NCBI RefSeq assembly: GCF_003003005.1
Contig: NZ_PVTR01000001.1
Location: 267,108-331,107 of the forward strand
DNA from: Mongoliibacter ruber
Lineage (GTDB): Bacteria; Bacteroidota; Bacteroidia; Cytophagales; Cyclobacteriaceae
DNA length: 64,000 nt
Direction: 5' to 3'
Shown here: one piece after another, positions 36,101 through 45,526 of the stretch
Layout: each line of letters starts with the position of its first letter
How positions within the stretch are numbered: the first letter of the stretch is position 1
Program-made: the position numbers and the translations under genes
The notes under the pieces: model-generated
The model's database searches: none
Told to the model about the DNA's origin: nothing
Seen by the model: only the letters and a program-made list of their open reading frames with translations

Positions 36101-38022
36101 CACAACTTTTCTGGCATTTCTTTGCTGAGGATCAAAAGGCTTTTTTCAAAAAACAGTTTGTCTTCCTCAACTTGCTCAAACAAGCTTTTAGCCACTCACG
36201 GGAGGAGCTACACTTACTGGAAACACTCAGGAAAGCCATTTCACAATTTTCTAAAGCACACAAATTATTTGAAAGTACCGATCCATATCAGGCTGCTCTA
36301 TATTTGGCAGAAGAACAGGCATCAGAAGGCGTTGTGATGGAGGCTAATGCATTTGACTTGCTTCAAAACTTCAAAAAGGAACTGAAATCAAAAAATGCAG
36401 ACTTAACTTTTACTGAAGCACAACAAGAGATCGCAGCATTCCCAGCTGAAGTCTGGCATCTATCAAGGCAATGGCTCAGTACCTATGCTGAAAACCAACA
36501 ACTTTCACTCCCTGATAGCATTTTGGATGAAGCCACAGCGTATATAGTTACCAAAGCTGCAAACATTCAAAGTGTTCAACAAATTTCAGGTAAAGCCAGT
36601 CTAGAAGGGCTAAAAGAAGCCATAGGTCAACAGGATGGAGAAGAGAATCTTTACCAATTCGATTACCATGACTTTACCCGTAGACTAAAGCATTTTACAG
36701 AAGAAATTCAACCCAGATATCAGCAATTGCAGAGTTTGAAACACCAGCTAATTTTGCAGAAAAGACAAGCTCTTCGTTTGCATGAATTCCAAACGCAAGT
36801 TCTGACCAGTTTTGTACGAAATAAGTTGATCAACCAGGTATACTTCCCTTTGATCGGAGCCAATTTCGCCAAACAGTTGGGGGCATTTGGCGCAGACAAA
36901 CGAACCGACCGGTCAGGGATGCTGCTGCTTATTTCCCCTCCTGGATATGGCAAAACCACCCTGATGGAATATGTAGCAGATCGCTTGGGATTAATTTTTA
37001 TGAAGATAAACGGTCCTTCCATAGGGCATGAAATCACCTCGGTGGATCCTTCAGAAGCAAGAAATGCCGCGACTAGACAGGAACTACAGAAACTGAACTT
37101 GGCATTTGAAATGAGTGACAATGTGATGCTCTACCTGGACGATATTCAGCATTGTAATCCGGAATTTCTTCAAAAGTTCATTTCTCTCGCAGATGGACAA
37201 AGAAAGATAGAGGGTGTTTTTAACGGCGTTTCTAAAACTTATGATTTCAGAGGCAAGCGCTTCTGTGTGGTTATGGCAGGTAATCCCTATACCGAAAGTG
37301 GGGATAAATTCCAGATCCCAGATATGTTGTCAAACAGGGCTGATATTTACAACTTAGGTGACACCGCATCCAATAGAGCTGATTTGTTCAAGCTGAGCCT
37401 AATAGAAAATGGATTAACTTCCAATTCCCACCTCAAATCCATTACCCAGTATGGGTTGGATAATTTATATAAACTGGTGGAATTTATAGAAAGCGAACAA
37501 CAACAGTTGCCTGATTTGGAGGGCAACATAACCTCCCAAGAAATCCAAGATTGTGTGCAAGTATTGCGAAAAACGATGGTTATCAGAGATGTTGTATTGA
37601 AGGTCAATGCCCAATACATTGCTTCTGCAGCCATGTCCGATGACTATAGAACTGAGCCACCGTTCAAGCTACAGGGTTCTTATCGGGATATGAATAAGCT
37701 GATGGGTCAAGTAGTACCGATTTTGAATGATGGTGAAATAACTCAATTGCTGTTGGACCATTATCAAAACGAATCCCAGACATTGACTTCCGATGCTGAA
37801 TCCAATTTATTGAAATTATCCGAAATGATGGATTTGCTAGATCCCAAAAAACTAGCCAGATGGGAAGCTATTAAAACTGCATTTGTTCGAAACAACCGGG
37901 TTAAAGGCATGGGAGATTCTGACAGGATGGCACAGGTAATTGGTCAAATGACTCTGTTTGTTGAAGGTTTGGAGGGCATAAAGAATGCTCTAAATCAATT
38001 CAACAAAAATGATAAATTATAA
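33166..38022 (+). CDS. giant (1618 aa) protein: beta-rich N-terminal region, ~700-aa helical region, AAA+ (AAA_5/MoxR-like) ATPase module
   Basis: Walker A LISPPGYGKTTL (~36940), Walker B MLYLDDIQ, sensor-1-like VVMAGNPY; ATG 33166 verified. Confidence 0.7.
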   Translation: METNIERGTYEIIQGRLQQQRSQLIERLQKLNRERQQIFGAVDFKLLSNVRINTQHNCIARDIVSVGGICLFGYNVRLGLKSVLEVADVFSAFRFTENEFHPLSLDIIQDKSFADELQNLYKFYRYTQFSRFFVKGNFLYMVFQLSESPTDIKAFKWLIEEEKLQFLNSRSAAEVTFPLQHEFEWVRATRDMQRIGKNPHVSVVDKVFVETTKGNLTIKVEDNTDDGLGIYSEDVEHADQSLDDGEIHYCDLGNLVLLKIRPYLESDRYFIFNHRIKNVVRVDTLRDAGILLPDDQGIMLSNGYYLQTGENKIFDRKIEGVKFLRKIQSPNGEDYLFIFYEEKNHDFVILSYNVIEQTVKTPIFCNGFTLFNDGELCYFNTEKDPSKHHLIQIWQTPYTKELLPNEAFKDHELYKIGNRPIVKAMAEIQELVVLLNKEDSYNGLYEDIEKRSQSILDGYFWLKNNAPEGLQQPLQQVKEIALSAIDEYEKVVQIRENTVATSNKVKEKVEKILFDTRSANFDSLDKYVSLLSQMRGIRGEIIGLKNLRYIDMEMVDQLEDQMSKRSEELSKGCVQFLLQDNALEYYQTQMEQLTESVGGLSKVIDAKELEKELNALSLQLELLIDIVNNLNVEDTAHSTQIIENISLIFAQLNQQRVALNNRRRQLGEREARADFQAQMTLFEQSIVNYLDLANDPVKCDEYLTKLSIQLEELEGRFVDFDEFIDKISEKRESVYAAFESKKVNLTEARNRRTNSLFSSAERILKSIKSRAGSFETDVEINGYFASDLMIEKVRDVASQLQQLDDAAKSEDLLYQLQVLQQESIRALKDRNELFEDGNQVIKLGEYRFAVNQQKLDLTLVIKERQYYFHLTGTSYYEQVNAPEIEALKDLWEQELPSENQTVHRTEYLAWQVFHTLDKSKPLTEAELISSIAKYTSKHYGEGYVKGVHDQDALLILKTLLEKDRDLGLLRFAADTRVLAQLFWHFFAEDQKAFFKKQFVFLNLLKQAFSHSREELHLLETLRKAISQFSKAHKLFESTDPYQAALYLAEEQASEGVVMEANAFDLLQNFKKELKSKNADLTFTEAQQEIAAFPAEVWHLSRQWLSTYAENQQLSLPDSILDEATAYIVTKAANIQSVQQISGKASLEGLKEAIGQQDGEENLYQFDYHDFTRRLKHFTEEIQPRYQQLQSLKHQLILQKRQALRLHEFQTQVLTSFVRNKLINQVYFPLIGANFAKQLGAFGADKRTDRSGMLLLISPPGYGKTTLMEYVADRLGLIFMKINGPSIGHEITSVDPSEARNAATRQELQKLNLAFEMSDNVMLYLDDIQHCNPEFLQKFISLADGQRKIEGVFNGVSKTYDFRGKRFCVVMAGNPYTESGDKFQIPDMLSNRADIYNLGDTASNRADLFKLSLIENGLTSNSHLKSITQYGLDNLYKLVEFIESEQQQLPDLEGNITSQEIQDCVQVLRKTMVIRDVVLKVNAQYIASAAMSDDYRTEPPFKLQGSYRDMNKLMGQVVPILNDGEITQLLLDHYQNESQTLTSDAESNLLKLSEMMDLLDPKKLARWEAIKTAFVRNNRVKGMGDSDRMAQVIGQMTLFVEGLEGIKNALNQFNKNDKL

Positions 38023-38511
38023 AATATCTATAGCTTGAAAGCATCAATGCCTAAGCAATTGAGTCATTATACATGATTAAAATTCAGACCTTAAATACTT
38101 AAGATCGCATGAGAAGCGGGCAGCTTAAACAATGCTATAACATCCAACTCAGTATCCAAGGTTGCTTTTGGTCAACTATATACCTTGTACCAAAAAAAAA
38201 TACGATGCCACAACATTCATCCCACTTAAGAATACCTACAGGCAGATATGCGGGACTTACCCCGAAACACTGACTACTGATGGGGGTATGTAAGCCAAGA
38301 AAATGGGAAGTATTAGCAAAATTTATTTCCCATTTAAATGAATTGATTTGAACACTCAAAAATCACCCCCATACTTATAGAGAACTCCTCATAGTCCTAA
38401 ATATTTGGTTTAGATTTTATCAATTTCCATGAACATTATATAGGCTAACCCTTACACAGAAATCTAAACTGCTGTACCAGTGATTACTACTAAACCAATT
38501 ATAGGTAGAAT

Positions 38512-40560
38512 TTAAGTTATAGAGGAGTTTTCCATTGCATTTACTCCTTGACTAAGATTTGATGTAGTGATTTTAATAATACTATTCAGTAAAATATTTT
38601 TATCCAAGATACCTGGCCCAACATTGACGATATTACCTTCACAATTCACAAGATTATTCCCAGTGAACTGAAACATCTTTTGGGTATTTATTTCAAATTT
38701 CCCACCCATACAATTATTATAATTGAATCTGTTTGCAAACCCAAAACGGCTACCGTAGAAATTACGAATATCAAATGGACGCTCGCAATTGTTGAAGTTA
38801 TTCTTATAAATATTGTTCCCAATAGCATAGTTGAAAAATTCAGGATTTGTCACTCCAAAACTCCCGAATCCAGCTAGATGCATTCCATGCTTGCATCCAT
38901 CGACGGTATTGTTTTCTACATTGCAGTAAAAACTGGCACCCCAAAGACTGATACCATGTCCCGGTTGTCCACTGGCTGGTATTGCACCATAGACTATGTT
39001 ACCAGATATGTCACAATTGTATGCGCCGGTAAACAAAGCGACTTCTGTCCCTTTTGACAGTTTTGATTTATCTAAACTTGCCTTTAAAAAAAGTCTATAA
39101 GTAGTACGCCCTTCAAAATTAATCACTTCTGATCTCTCAATAAGGGATGTGGTTAACTCCAATGCACCAGATTCAATCAAAAACAGGAAATTTTTCGGGT
39201 CATCAATTTGATCAGCATTTATTGTTCTATGCTCAAAACCTCCCCCATTATCCTTTTGTTGAACAAAAATCAATTGCTGAAGGTCAATGATTCTACCTAC
39301 GACAAAATCTCCCTTCATCCAATCTCTTACATTTTCGATTTTTGTTCTTGCTATTACCGGAAACAATCCAAGATTATTTCCAAAAGCATCAATTGAAATA
39401 CTTTCTTCTGTACAGTTCTTTACCTCATTATCCCTGATTTTTACATTTCTTAATAACTTTCTCCTTTGAGTTGCTACCTGAATACCAGTGGTCCCATTTT
39501 TTACTTTATTTTTTGACACATCACATGCACCAATGAAATCATTTACCCGAATCGGATGCGAAGACGATTCTATATTCATATCACAGTATTGAATTTCCAC
39601 ATTATTTGCTGTACCCACCCAAATACCACAATAGACGCTATCGGCATTAATTTTTACACCATGACAATATATATTTGATTTTGAATGATTAACATTGATA
39701 AGATAAGTTGATGATGTAGTAATGGTCTTGAAATTCAATTCAACGTTCTTAAGATAAAAATCCCTATCCAAATGTCTGCTTCCCGTTGAAGGAATAATGT
39801 TGTGCAAAGTCAGGTTTTCGAGCTTGCTATCGATTGAGGCGATAATGTCAGGATTAGTGCTGACACCGATCAATACCGAATTGCCCGACCCTTTTATTTT
39901 CAATGGTTGCTGATCAAAGAAAAGTGTATTGAGTCCATGCCCTTGTAAATGAATAAAAGTGCCATTCGGAACCAGCACTTCGCAACCGCATAAATTGTAT
40001 TTATTCAAATCATCTGCTGAAATAAAACCAATTGCATTTTCAAGTACGAATGAACCATTGTTATTTTTCAATATATGAGGTGATATTGACTGTATGCTAA
40101 AAGTAGTAGGTTGACCGTTGGTCAAAATATTGTTATAAGTCACATCACCTTTCTCTGTAGGATATAAAATATAATACACTTTCTCATTACTATTTTCAAT
40201 GACTATTCTACTATGATAAGTATCCTTGAATGTATAGCCATGAACTTGTGAATCGATTGACCTTGCCCCTAGTGAAGTGATATCAATAGTCCCGGCAAGG
40301 CCTTCAGAGGTAGGTTGAAGGCTTGAATGAGGATTAGGTTCCGGATTTGAATGAGACGCCTGTACAGGAACTGATTGGGAAATAGGCACAGGAATAACGG
40401 CAGGATTTGGTTCTGGCTGTTTTGAATGAGTTTCAATATTATCAACCAACTCTTTTAAGGTTTTAAGCCTTGAAGTAATATCATTCGCCAGATTTACTAT
40501 AGTGTCAGCATCTACTCTGATTGTCTCTGCATTTTGAATAATTCTTTCTTTATTGTTCAT
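38512..40560 (-). CDS. right-handed parallel beta-helix protein with N-terminal coiled coil and Pro-rich linker (tailspike- or lyase-like)
   Basis: repeated N/G/V-rich beta-helix rungs (NNTVDGCKHGMHLAG, IYKNNFNNCERPFDIRNF...); no signal peptide; flanked by ~500-bp AT-rich non-coding DNA. Confidence 0.6.
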   Translation of the reverse strand: MNNKERIIQNAETIRVDADTIVNLANDITSRLKTLKELVDNIETHSKQPEPNPAVIPVPISQSVPVQASHSNPEPNPHSSLQPTSEGLAGTIDITSLGARSIDSQVHGYTFKDTYHSRIVIENSNEKVYYILYPTEKGDVTYNNILTNGQPTTFSIQSISPHILKNNNGSFVLENAIGFISADDLNKYNLCGCEVLVPNGTFIHLQGHGLNTLFFDQQPLKIKGSGNSVLIGVSTNPDIIASIDSKLENLTLHNIIPSTGSRHLDRDFYLKNVELNFKTITTSSTYLINVNHSKSNIYCHGVKINADSVYCGIWVGTANNVEIQYCDMNIESSSHPIRVNDFIGACDVSKNKVKNGTTGIQVATQRRKLLRNVKIRDNEVKNCTEESISIDAFGNNLGLFPVIARTKIENVRDWMKGDFVVGRIIDLQQLIFVQQKDNGGGFEHRTINADQIDDPKNFLFLIESGALELTTSLIERSEVINFEGRTTYRLFLKASLDKSKLSKGTEVALFTGAYNCDISGNIVYGAIPASGQPGHGISLWGASFYCNVENNTVDGCKHGMHLAGFGSFGVTNPEFFNYAIGNNIYKNNFNNCERPFDIRNFYGSRFGFANRFNYNNCMGGKFEINTQKMFQFTGNNLVNCEGNIVNVGPGILDKNILLNSIIKITTSNLSQGVNAMENSSIT

Positions 40561-41072
40561 TTTTCAAATCAGTTGTTTTTCGGTTTTTACTTCCGACTAG
40601 CTCCTGCACAAAAAATTAAATCCTAACGTCCAATCGGCTTTCTTTTTTTAGATTTTTAACATTTTTTTAATTTAATATATTTTTTTTAAAGTCCAATTTG
40701 GGAACGTTACGATTTTTCAAACAATATACTGTCAACAGTAGCACTCATTAAATTTTTATACTTGTCACATTCTGAAATTGTTATTCAAATAAGGGTATTG
40801 CCTTTTAACTAGGTTTCCACTTAAAGCTATATATTTCTGCAATAATACCAGTAAGCATGGGACTTTCTTGTGCTCATCATTTAGTTACATATAGAAATTT
40901 GTGACCAATTTTAATGGTTAAGATGCGGGTAATTATAAAAAACATTTTACAGTCTTGTGTATCTAATTGGTAATTTGATTTTTATCAAGCTGTTCACTGA
41001 TTTTGATCAGGGTTTTGGGGTAATTTTTCACCTACTTTTACTCATGAAATTTAACCCAAACAGATAGAAACC

Positions 41073-41909
41073 ATGAAAAAAATCCTAATTCCTACCGACT
41101 TTTCCGCCTGTGCAAAAACAGCTGAATCATATGGGATGGCATTAGCCAAACAGATCAAAGCGGAATTGGTCTTTCTCCATATCATCATCACACCAGTAAA
41201 CTGGTCTAAGCTGACCAAAGAGCAGGAAAATTTATTTCCTGAAACCAAAGAAAAAATTAGTAATGCCAAAATGGAGTTGAAATCCCTGATCGAACAAGCT
41301 GAAAAATCCGGCATCAAAGCAACAAAGCTACTGGTCTTCAATAGTGGCAATGAGAAAATTCATCAGTTTATCGATTCCGAAAAAATAGACCTTGTGGTAA
41401 TGGGTTCTCACGGCCAATACGGCTTCAAAGAGCATGTGTTAGGGACAAATACCTACAGTATGCTAAGAAGGGCTGAAATACCTGTCATAGTTGTCAAAGA
41501 GGAAAACCCTAAAGCGGCAATTAAGAACCTGGTATTCGCTACTAACTTTAAAGAGGAAACAGGGACCTCCTTTGCCCATATTGAAAGAATGGCTGAAGAA
41601 CTTGGTGCAAAATTACACATACTCTTTGTGAACACACCGACATACTTCATGGAGACCAATGATATTCTTTCAGTTGGCAATTCTTACTTAAGTGAATTTG
41701 GCAACTATAATTATGATATTACAATAATTGATGCATTCAAGGAAGAAAGAGGTATACTCCAGTTTGCGGAAAAATTAGATGCTGATGGCATTGCAGTGAT
41801 AACATTTGGGAAGTCTGATTTGATGCAATACTTCTCTCCTAGCATTACTGAAAACCTTATTGCCATGACTGAATTACCAGTGATAAGTATTAGAAAAACA
41901 AAAAAATAG
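41073..41909 (+). CDS. tandem universal stress protein (UspA family)
   Basis: two Usp-like halves (MKKILIPTDFSACAKTA...; NLVFATNFKEETG...). Confidence 0.8.
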   Translation: MKKILIPTDFSACAKTAESYGMALAKQIKAELVFLHIIITPVNWSKLTKEQENLFPETKEKISNAKMELKSLIEQAEKSGIKATKLLVFNSGNEKIHQFIDSEKIDLVVMGSHGQYGFKEHVLGTNTYSMLRRAEIPVIVVKEENPKAAIKNLVFATNFKEETGTSFAHIERMAEELGAKLHILFVNTPTYFMETNDILSVGNSYLSEFGNYNYDITIIDAFKEERGILQFAEKLDADGIAVITFGKSDLMQYFSPSITENLIAMTELPVISIRKTKK

Positions 41910-41939
41910 TTTGCAGAATAAGTAGAATCTGTGGTATTA

Positions 41940-41969
41940 AAGCAACTTCATTTTGGAGTTGCTTTTTTT
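41940..41969 (+). terminator. rho-independent terminator after usp
   Basis: GCAACT/AGTTGC stem (41942-47/41957-62) followed by TTTTTTT. Confidence 0.6.
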
Positions 41970-41970
41970 A

Positions 41971-42000
41971 AATAAAAAAGCGGGAGAAACTCTCCCGCTC
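41971..42000 (-). terminator. rho-independent terminator after the 42106..42993 gene
   Basis: perfect 9-bp stem AGCGGGAGA/TCTCCCGCT, T-run on minus strand. Confidence 0.6.
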
Positions 42001-42105
42001 TTTATATGAAAACTAAACCAACTATTATTTAACTACCACAATTAAAACAAAAATAGCACTTAAATATAAAATTCAAAATTTTTATCAAAAAAGGTAAACA
42101 GATAC

Positions 42106-42993
42106 CTATTTTTTGTTACTCACTTTATATAAAATGCCCAATGCCAGAGCTTGGCTATATTGAATTCCAGGATCCATATCGATATCATAAACATTAATAC
42201 TAGTCAAAGTAACATCAACAAATTCTGTGATTTTTGCAATCACAGTAATATCCAATCTATGATCAATTGTATTGAAAGCTAGTGTTTCGTAATTGGCGAA
42301 TAGCTGATACCTGGTGTTGATAGCAAAATTTTCAGTGATTGCCTTATTGTAAGTCATGAAAACTTGTGCTGCAAGCCACTCAGTTCTTATTTTACTTCCA
42401 ATTGGTACACCATAATTTTCAGGTACATTATCAGCTATAGTGAGGTTGTTGACAAAGGTAAGTCTTGGAGATATGGGAGCAATTCTAAGCGCAAACTCAT
42501 CATTAGGCTTATATTCTGCACCAAAACCCGTCATTAGGAAGGCTGGTGCGAAAAAACTTGAAATTAGCGTTGGTTCATCAGGCCCGTAATCAAAGCCATC
42601 AGCGAATTGAGTTATAAAATTAAGAGAACCAAAGTAATTCCATTTGTCTGAAATTTTATACCCCACTTTGGAATCGAAGAATATCCTATCATTTGATTTC
42701 CTCAATTCTTGACCTTCATTTTTGACTACTCCAAAAATCATTTCTAGCTGATTATCCCAAGTCCATTTATCTTTGGCATAATTAGCATTTCCTGTCAATA
42801 ATGACCCGAAGGCGACTGAGTTGACACCACCTGCTTTCCAATTACCACTGAAGGAGGCTTGGTTGAAGTTCAACCCAAAACTTAATCCCGAATCCCAATA
42901 AGTAGTATCCTGAACTATATCACTATCTAAATCTTGAGCGGAGGCCTGGTAGATTAAAACAAAACAAAAACATACAAGTAGAACTTTTTTCAT
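42106..42993 (-). CDS. outer-membrane beta-barrel protein (hypothetical)
   Basis: signal peptide MKKVLLVCFCFVLIYQASAQ; alternating amphipathic strands; aromatic C-terminus. Confidence 0.55.
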   Translation of the reverse strand: MKKVLLVCFCFVLIYQASAQDLDSDIVQDTTYWDSGLSFGLNFNQASFSGNWKAGGVNSVAFGSLLTGNANYAKDKWTWDNQLEMIFGVVKNEGQELRKSNDRIFFDSKVGYKISDKWNYFGSLNFITQFADGFDYGPDEPTLISSFFAPAFLMTGFGAEYKPNDEFALRIAPISPRLTFVNNLTIADNVPENYGVPIGSKIRTEWLAAQVFMTYNKAITENFAINTRYQLFANYETLAFNTIDHRLDITVIAKITEFVDVTLTSINVYDIDMDPGIQYSQALALGILYKVSNKK

Positions 42994-43146
42994 CGTAAAT
43001 AATTTAAGTTAAAGAATTATTCAAAGTAAATAATTAATCTAAAGAATTTGAAATGCGTAAACATAATACTAAAAAAAAATAATAAGTACCTTCTGTTCTA
43101 TTCACCATTCAATAAATAAAGGCATAAAACCCATATCTCCTATAAA

Positions 43147-43713
43147 ATGCTTAACCACCAAACTTTCAAAATCGTGTTATTCCTTTCTGTTTTAGCTCTC
43201 AGTAGTTGCAGCTCTATTGAAATGTTCAAAGAAAAAACCGAATTTGCTCCCTATAAGAAATACTCCACATTTGCCATATTAAATAAAGAGTTTGACCAAA
43301 AAGGTTTTAATGATCCATTTTTGGACGCTTTAGTTTTGGATGGACTTGAATTCTTGTTGGCAGAACAAGGCTTGGTATATGATGCAAATGAACCGGAAAT
43401 TATCCTGAGATATACATCTAATGAAGATCCTCGGCAAAAGGAAATAGTAAATAACAGAATGCCCATGTGGGGATTTAGGGTTTGGGATCCTTGGATGTAT
43501 GATCCTAGATTTATGAATCAATCACCTGTAAGCACGAAAAACTATGAATTGCTGCAACTTATCGTCGATTTTATAGATCCCAAAAATGACAAAATGCTAA
43601 TGAGACTTACAGCTGTCTCAGAAGTGACTTCAGTGAAAGACAAAAGAAAAAAAGTGAAAAAATCAGTTCAAAAAGTAGTTGAAACCTATACTGCACATAT
43701 CAAAGTCAATTAG
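43147..43713 (+). CDS. lipoprotein (DUF4136-like)
   Basis: lipobox LALSSC; ~188 aa. Confidence 0.5.
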   Translation: MLNHQTFKIVLFLSVLALSSCSSIEMFKEKTEFAPYKKYSTFAILNKEFDQKGFNDPFLDALVLDGLEFLLAEQGLVYDANEPEIILRYTSNEDPRQKEIVNNRMPMWGFRVWDPWMYDPRFMNQSPVSTKNYELLQLIVDFIDPKNDKMLMRLTAVSEVTSVKDKRKKVKKSVQKVVETYTAHIKVN

Positions 43714-43730
43714 TTTAAACCCCTATCATT

Positions 43731-44045
43731 ATGGAAAAAAAATTCAATTCACTTAGAGATTTTTACCCATATTACCTTTCCGAACACCTAAATCCCACGT
43801 GTAGAAAGCTACATTTCATAGGCACAGCTTTACTTTTTGTTATCTTGGCTTATGCCCTTTTCACAGCCAACTACTTGTTTCTACTTCTAATACCTGTGGT
43901 CGGATATGGGTTTGCTTGGGTTGGACATTTTTTCTTCGAAAAAAATAAACCAGCAACTTTTCAATACCCTTTTTACAGTCTTGCTTCTGATTTTATCCTC
44001 TTTTTTGACTTATTGATTGGTAAACAAAAGTTCAATCCTGATTAA
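43731..44045 (+). CDS. DUF962 (Mpo1-like) membrane protein
   Basis: FYPYYLSEHLNPTCRKLHFIGT start and two TM helices. Confidence 0.55.
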   Translation: MEKKFNSLRDFYPYYLSEHLNPTCRKLHFIGTALLFVILAYALFTANYLFLLLIPVVGYGFAWVGHFFFEKNKPATFQYPFYSLASDFILFFDLLIGKQKFNPD

Positions 44046-44145
44046 TTATTTTTATATACAAAAAAACGTTATTTAAATATTGGATATAAAAAACAATATG
44101 CTATTTTTGTAATTATATTTTTGCATTTCAAATTAATAAAATTGC

Positions 44146-44508
44146 ATGTTGATGGTAAGGATAGTTCTAATAGACGATGATCCAATAAGTACATTCGTGA
44201 CAGAAAAGCTGATTTCTAAAAATATCAGATTCCCTCATCAGATATTTAAATACGATAGCGCCGTAAACGCTCTAAAAGAAATGGATAATATTCAACCTAA
44301 TTATCTATTTCTAGATTTGAATATGCCGGAAATGACTGGATGGGACTTTTTAGAAGAATTTGAACCCTGTCAATCATCCCCGGAAGTTTATATTCTCAGT
44401 AGTTCTGTTGATGAAAGAGATATTGATAAAGCAAGAAATTATTCAGTCGTCAAAAAATATCTTTCTAAACCTCTTATCAAAAAATACATTAAAACCATCT
44501 TCAACTGA
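44146..44508 (+). CDS. single-domain response regulator (CheY-like receiver)
   Basis: VLIDDD...LDLNMPEMTGWDFL...SKP receiver signature. Confidence 0.75.
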   Translation: MLMVRIVLIDDDPISTFVTEKLISKNIRFPHQIFKYDSAVNALKEMDNIQPNYLFLDLNMPEMTGWDFLEEFEPCQSSPEVYILSSSVDERDIDKARNYSVVKKYLSKPLIKKYIKTIFN

Positions 44509-44751
44509 TTTACTTTTTGCTGTTGGTATCAATTTCTGATTGATACTTTATCCATGATGTAATTATTTAACTTTTACTAAAATCAACTTCCACTACTTTC
44601 TTATCCTTAGGAGAGCAATACGGCGTGCACTAAAACTGTTTTTTACTTTATCAGATTTTATTATGGCAGGATAGTCTTACTTTTTTTTTAAACGAACAAA
44701 CAAGTGAAGCTTCAAATTGGTTAATTTTAAGAGTAATTAATTGAAACCATT

Positions 44752-45225
44752 ATGGCGAAACCAAGCGAACACCTAATAGAAGCTTTTAGAAAAACTATTT
44801 ACAAACTAAAACACAATGCTCCATATCAGTGGGGACACATGGGAGCGTGCAATTGTGGTAATTTAGCCCAAGAACTTACAAAACTCAGCAAAGGTGAAAT
44901 TCACAGCTTTGCAATGCAGAAATCGGGTGATTGGAACGATCAATTAGTCGATTATTGTCCTACCAGCGGTTATCCTATGGATTTGATGATAAGCAGAATG
45001 ATTGAGGCTGGCCTCACAATTGATGAGTTGAAACACCTAGAGACCTTATCTGATCAAAGAATACTTGAAAAGATTCCTTTTGAAAGAAGAATGAAGATGA
45101 AAAAAAATTCAAAGGAAGATGTAATTCTATATATGGAAACATGGTTAGGAATCATTGAGGAAGCATTTTTGAAAAATATTGAAATTCAACTTCCTGAAAA
45201 TAAAAGGTTAAAATCTTTTGCTTAA
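44752..45225 (+). CDS. hypothetical protein
   Basis: 157 aa; no motif recognised. Confidence 0.45.
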   Translation: MAKPSEHLIEAFRKTIYKLKHNAPYQWGHMGACNCGNLAQELTKLSKGEIHSFAMQKSGDWNDQLVDYCPTSGYPMDLMISRMIEAGLTIDELKHLETLSDQRILEKIPFERRMKMKKNSKEDVILYMETWLGIIEEAFLKNIEIQLPENKRLKSFA

Positions 45226-45307
45226 AAGAGTAACAAAAAATAAACTTTCGGAGTATTAGCGTAAAACAATCCTTTTAATATATTTGGGAAAATAATTTAA
45301 TCACGCT

Positions 45308-45505
45308 ATGGAAGAATTCGACGACGATTTTGATGAGTTTGATGACACTGAAGATGATGATGAGTTTGCAGAAGAATTTCAGGATGAAGTCTATGACCTA
45401 GATGAAGATTCTGAGTTTCTTGATGACAACATCATAGACTTCGATGATGATGACCTTGAAGAAGACTTCGACGATGATGATCTCGAAGATGATCTTGACG
45501 ATTAA
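45308..45505 (+). CDS. hyper-acidic small protein (65 aa, ~60% Asp/Glu)
   Basis: MEEFDDDFDEFDDTEDDDEF...; terminator immediately downstream. Confidence 0.45.
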   Translation: MEEFDDDFDEFDDTEDDDEFAEEFQDEVYDLDEDSEFLDDNIIDFDDDDLEEDFDDDDLEDDLDD

Positions 45506-45526
45506 ATGAAACTAATCTCAAACTGA

